Shown here in pieces: positions 30,770 through 33,668 of a DNA stretch of 33,668 bases. The stretch's first letter is position 1, and each line of letters opens with the position of its first letter. Both the position numbers and the translations under genes were made by a program. Origin of the DNA: Halocafeteria seosinensis (lineage: Eukaryota); NCBI GenBank assembly GCA_001687465.1, contig LVLI01000395.1, positions 1-33,668 of the forward strand. Direction: 5' to 3'. Below the pieces are notes generated by a model. It ran no database searches and was not told the origin of the DNA. It saw only the letters and a list, made by a program, of their open reading frames with translations.

Positions 30770-31480
30770 TTGACGAGATAATGGGATGAATCAACTCCAG
30801 CTTGCGTGTACAATGATTCAGACAATCAAATGCAAGCTTTATGATTAAGTTGTGCGGCTTGAGTCCCCAAAAGTTGAAGTTTGGTTGCTCCGTCGACGGT
30901 CGACGCCGACTCGACGGTAATATTCGTGAACTGCTTTATTCAGAAAGGTTGCCAGAACGCTCTCTCGAAGTACAACTCAATCAATTGCAAAACCAAATCG
31001 TGGGTGTTATAATAAGCAAATAGAGAGGCTAGCTCTTCTGGGAGGAAAGGCAGTATCGTACCTCGATCCATGTACAGCATGTAGAACACACACGCATCGG
31101 CCGGGGAGTAGAGTGTAGGCCGCAGGTACAGTAACTGTATCCTTCATCAAGAGCATAGGTTGCGATCCAACTAGGGGTACTCCGCCTTGTGCATCCCTCC
31201 TGTTACAATCGTCGACAATAAGTTGCAATTGCCCTTGGGATTTGCACGGGAGATACTGTTGATACTGTACTGTGCTTCGTCGAGAACGACAAGATATCCC
31301 TCTCTTTAATGCGATGATGTAACTAATTCATAACACCACATCTAAATCGTGTGTCTCGTTCATTACACGTGTTACGCAAAACTCTCGGCAACTTTGCCAA
31401 TTTCTAGTACCTGGTAGTCTTGTAGGCGAAAATCGGTTGGTTGGTGCCTTCGCAGAAGTTGGTTGGGTGATAGAGTATTT

Positions 31481-31575
31481 TTACCGGCTTAATAATTAAT
31501 GCCGGTTTATGATAATTAATGCCGGATTTAAATGATATAAAATGCCGGTATTAATTATCAAAATACCGGCATAAA
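31481..31575. repeat. Array of five CCGG-cored motifs in AT-rich spacers, mixed orientation
   Basis: CCGG at 31484, 31502, 31522, 31545 and 31566. ATGCCGGTATT (31542-31552) is the exact inverse of AATACCGGCAT (31562-31572). Confidence 0.85.
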
Positions 31576-31703
31576 TCTAATTTTAAATGTAAGTTTTATT
31601 CAATTCCTCGCTCTGTTGTGTGCTTCATTCACCTAAAAATATAAGGTTTAGCCTCCTTACGCTCTTCAACACACACTAGATAATATTTGAATTAACTGAC
31701 AGG

Positions 31704-32306
31704 GACAAAAATATATTAGTTTGTCCCTGTCCTTACAGAATAAACAAAATTCCCTACTTTGTTGGAGGGCATGTGGGGCAGAAATCTCTAACTTTTTTTA
31801 TATATACATACATAATAATAATACTCTCTCTTCTTTCTTTTGTAGTATATAAATTTATAAAATTTTTGTCCCTTTTGTCCCTTTTATCCCTATCTAGGTT
31901 AATATCCTCTTCTGTCCGAGGGCAGAAAATTATTTTTCGCCCTAATCCTTTTTATTTTTGTCCCCCCTTGCTCTGTTCCTGTTTATCTCCTTGTTTGAGT
32001 TCGGAGACAAAAATATTAACTTTGTCCCTGTCCTTACAGAATAAACAAAAAATCCCTGCTCTGTTGGAGGGCAGATAGGGACAAAATCTCTAACTTTTTT
32101 TTTTATACATATACATAATAATCATACTCTCTCTTCTTTCTTTTGTAGTATATAAATTTTTAATATTTTTGTCACTTTTGTCACTTTTATCCCTATCTAG
32201 GTTAATATCCCTGTTCTGTCCGAGGGCAGAAATTATTTTTGTCCCTAAAATTATCTTTTTTGTCCCTCCTTGCTCTGTTCCTGTTTATCTCCTTGTTTGA
32301 GTTCGG
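31704..32306. repeat. Tandem duplication, 2 x about 302 bp, rich in GGGACAAAA/TTTTGTCCC motifs
   Basis: Units start GACAAAAATA at 31704 and 32006 and end TTGTTTGAGTTCGG at 32004 and 32306. High but imperfect identity. Confidence 0.93.
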
Positions 32307-32745
32307 TTATATTAACCCCCCANCCCCCTCCTACTCCTCTAACTTGCTATATATCGTCTCCTGCGTCCCTACCGTACCCATCGACTCCGCTAAATCCTTC
32401 CTTTGTCGCTTCATCTCTTCTTGTGTTATTTTCCCTTCACTTACATTCTTCTTATTCACTGTCAGCCGTTTTGATACATAGAAATATAGCACACTTACTC
32501 AGCTCCTTGAAACATCCCTTACAGTCTCGTATATAGATAATAGTTCGTTCTAAGGATAATGATTTTCTGGTAGACGATGGGTTGAGCCGGTGGAAGTTCA
32601 ACAACACCGATGCCACAAAGTTGGGGTTCGTACCCCTGTAGCGAGTGTTAGTTTTAGGGACAAATATAATGGTTGAGCATCATGTTGAAGTTCAAGAAAG
32701 TTCTTTGGGGCCCCCATATTGGGGCCCCCAATTTGGGGGGCAGTG

Positions 32746-32912
32746 GACCATGAAATTATATATAATTAATTAACTGGTCAGGGAAGCCGGATTTAAGCCA
32801 GCTGACCATGAAATTATATATAATTAATTAACTGGTCAGGGGAAGCCGGAGTTAAGAGAGTTGACCATGAAATTATATATAATTAATTAACTGGTCAGGG
32901 GAAACCGGAGTT
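32746..32912. repeat. Tandem repeat, 3 x 58-59 bp, with an invariant 38-bp core
   Basis: GACCATGAAATTATATATAATTAATTAACTGGTCAGGG at 32746, 32804 and 32863, followed by related AAGCCGGA(T/G)TT linkers. Confidence 0.95.
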
Positions 32913-33083
32913 GAAGTGCCACAGACTGAGCCGTAGGTGTCGTCCCCCTTGTTGAAGTTCATTGTTGTTCATCAAGTTCGCTCGTTAAAAAGCTCACTGT
33001 TCTATCAAAGTTCTTCAAGTCATATTCGTCTCTCACATACTTTAAATAGTTAATGAACTCCTCAAGTGTCAAGTCTTTTAATA

Positions 33084-33668
33084 CTACCCGCAGTGAAGCG
33101 GGATTGTTTCTTCCGTCTGTACGGTGATTAGGTTCTGCAATTCAGTGATCTTCTTCAGACAAATATCGTCCTCATAGGAAGGCTTCCCTATGGGAGCACC
33201 CAGGACTACGATGCCTTCCACCGTGTAGTTCCATTCCAAGTCTTGCATGTGGTGCGGGCCCGTTCCTGTGGGGATGCACATAATGGATTTTGCCTTGTTG
33301 AGGGTTAGGCCCGAGTTCAGAATCTCCGCCTGCAATCCGAGTGCAGCCTGGTTCACTGCTCCGATTTTCCCGGTTATGTAGATGTCGTCTAGGTAGGCAT
33401 ATGCCGTGATGTCTGGGTGCTGTTGGCGAAGCTGTTGTAGGGTCCAGTGGAGGCCTATGGCGAAGAATGCTGAGCTTAGCGGATCTCCTTGCCTGGTACC
33501 CTCTTTCGAATGGACTATGGTGTCACACACACAAATGTGACAGATAGCCCACCGGCCGGGAAGTTGACCACATCCTCTTAACGAGGAGCGGTAAGCGCCC
33601 GTGTTAAGCAGCGACGGGCCCGCTGTTCCTGCAGCCTTGCTGACATGCGCCGTGGGGGAACANAGCAC
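33084..33668 (-). pseudogene. Decayed non-LTR retrotransposon reverse transcriptase fragment, CRE-clade-like
   Basis: Motifs SKEGTRQGDPLSSAFFA, AYAYLDDIYITG, GLTLNKAKS and GIVVLGAPIG. The upstream DxxNAF catalytic block is absent, and the ORF stops at the junction with the AT-rich island before any endonuclease domain. Confidence 0.85.

Larger units (their letters stand above)
31474..33083. mobile_element. AT-rich repeat island, probable remnant or terminus of an unclassified mobile or viral element
   Basis: Abrupt shift to AT-rich sequence relative to the genic DNA. Nested direct and inverted repeats, no recognisable host gene, and it abuts an RT fragment. No transposase, integrase or capsid gene is visible. 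Boundaries are approximate. Confidence 0.5.

Noticed and set aside
31773..32536. Hydrophobic ORFs 31773-32078, 32239-32481 and 32270-32536 as membrane proteins
   Set aside because: They are translations of T-rich tandem repeats, and the frames are not preserved between the two copies.
32236..32665. Telomeric repeats (TTTTAGGG/CCCTAAAA)
   Set aside because: Isolated single occurrences that are part of the GGGACAAAA motif, not tandem arrays.
32746..32912. CRISPR array (38-bp identical repeats with about 20-bp spacers)
   Set aside because: The spacers are homologous to one another, there are only three units, the context is eukaryotic and no cas gene is present.
31474..33085. Polinton-like terminal inverted repeat AGTATT...AATACT bounding the island
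   Set aside because: Only 6 bp in AT-rich DNA; it does not extend inward and has no target-site duplication.

Overview
Compact, intron-containing eukaryotic DNA with the standard genetic code, most likely from a unicellular protist (stramenopile-like; this is inference). I reconstructed 27 GT-AG introns by hand; 26 are 56-92 nt. Positions 1-30800 are gene-dense. They hold the 5' part of a giant Gly-rich repeat protein gene, a solitary 5S rRNA gene, a pallidin/BLOC1S6-like gene, a p25alpha/EF-hand-like gene, MVD, NDUFAF6, MOCS2B, MOCS2A, a small membrane protein, TSR1, a CSDE1/UNR-like multi-cold-shock protein, a membrane-anchored UGT, an ERGIC/Erv41-46 protein, an SLC19 transporter, an SGPP phosphatase and a secreted protein. 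From about 31470 the sequence becomes an AT-rich repeat island (CCGG array, 2 x 302 bp units with converging GGGACAAAA motifs, 3 x 58-59 bp hairpin repeats). The island abuts a decayed CRE-like non-LTR reverse transcriptase fragment. There are two main leads. First, MOCS2A and MOCS2B lie in the same reading frame, separated only by one TAA and 9 sense codons, and MOCS2A has no internal AUG, suggesting a bicistronic or readthrough MoaD-MoaE unit. Second, the AT-rich island looks like the origin or terminus of an unclassified mobile or viral element. All family calls come from motif recognition, not database searches.
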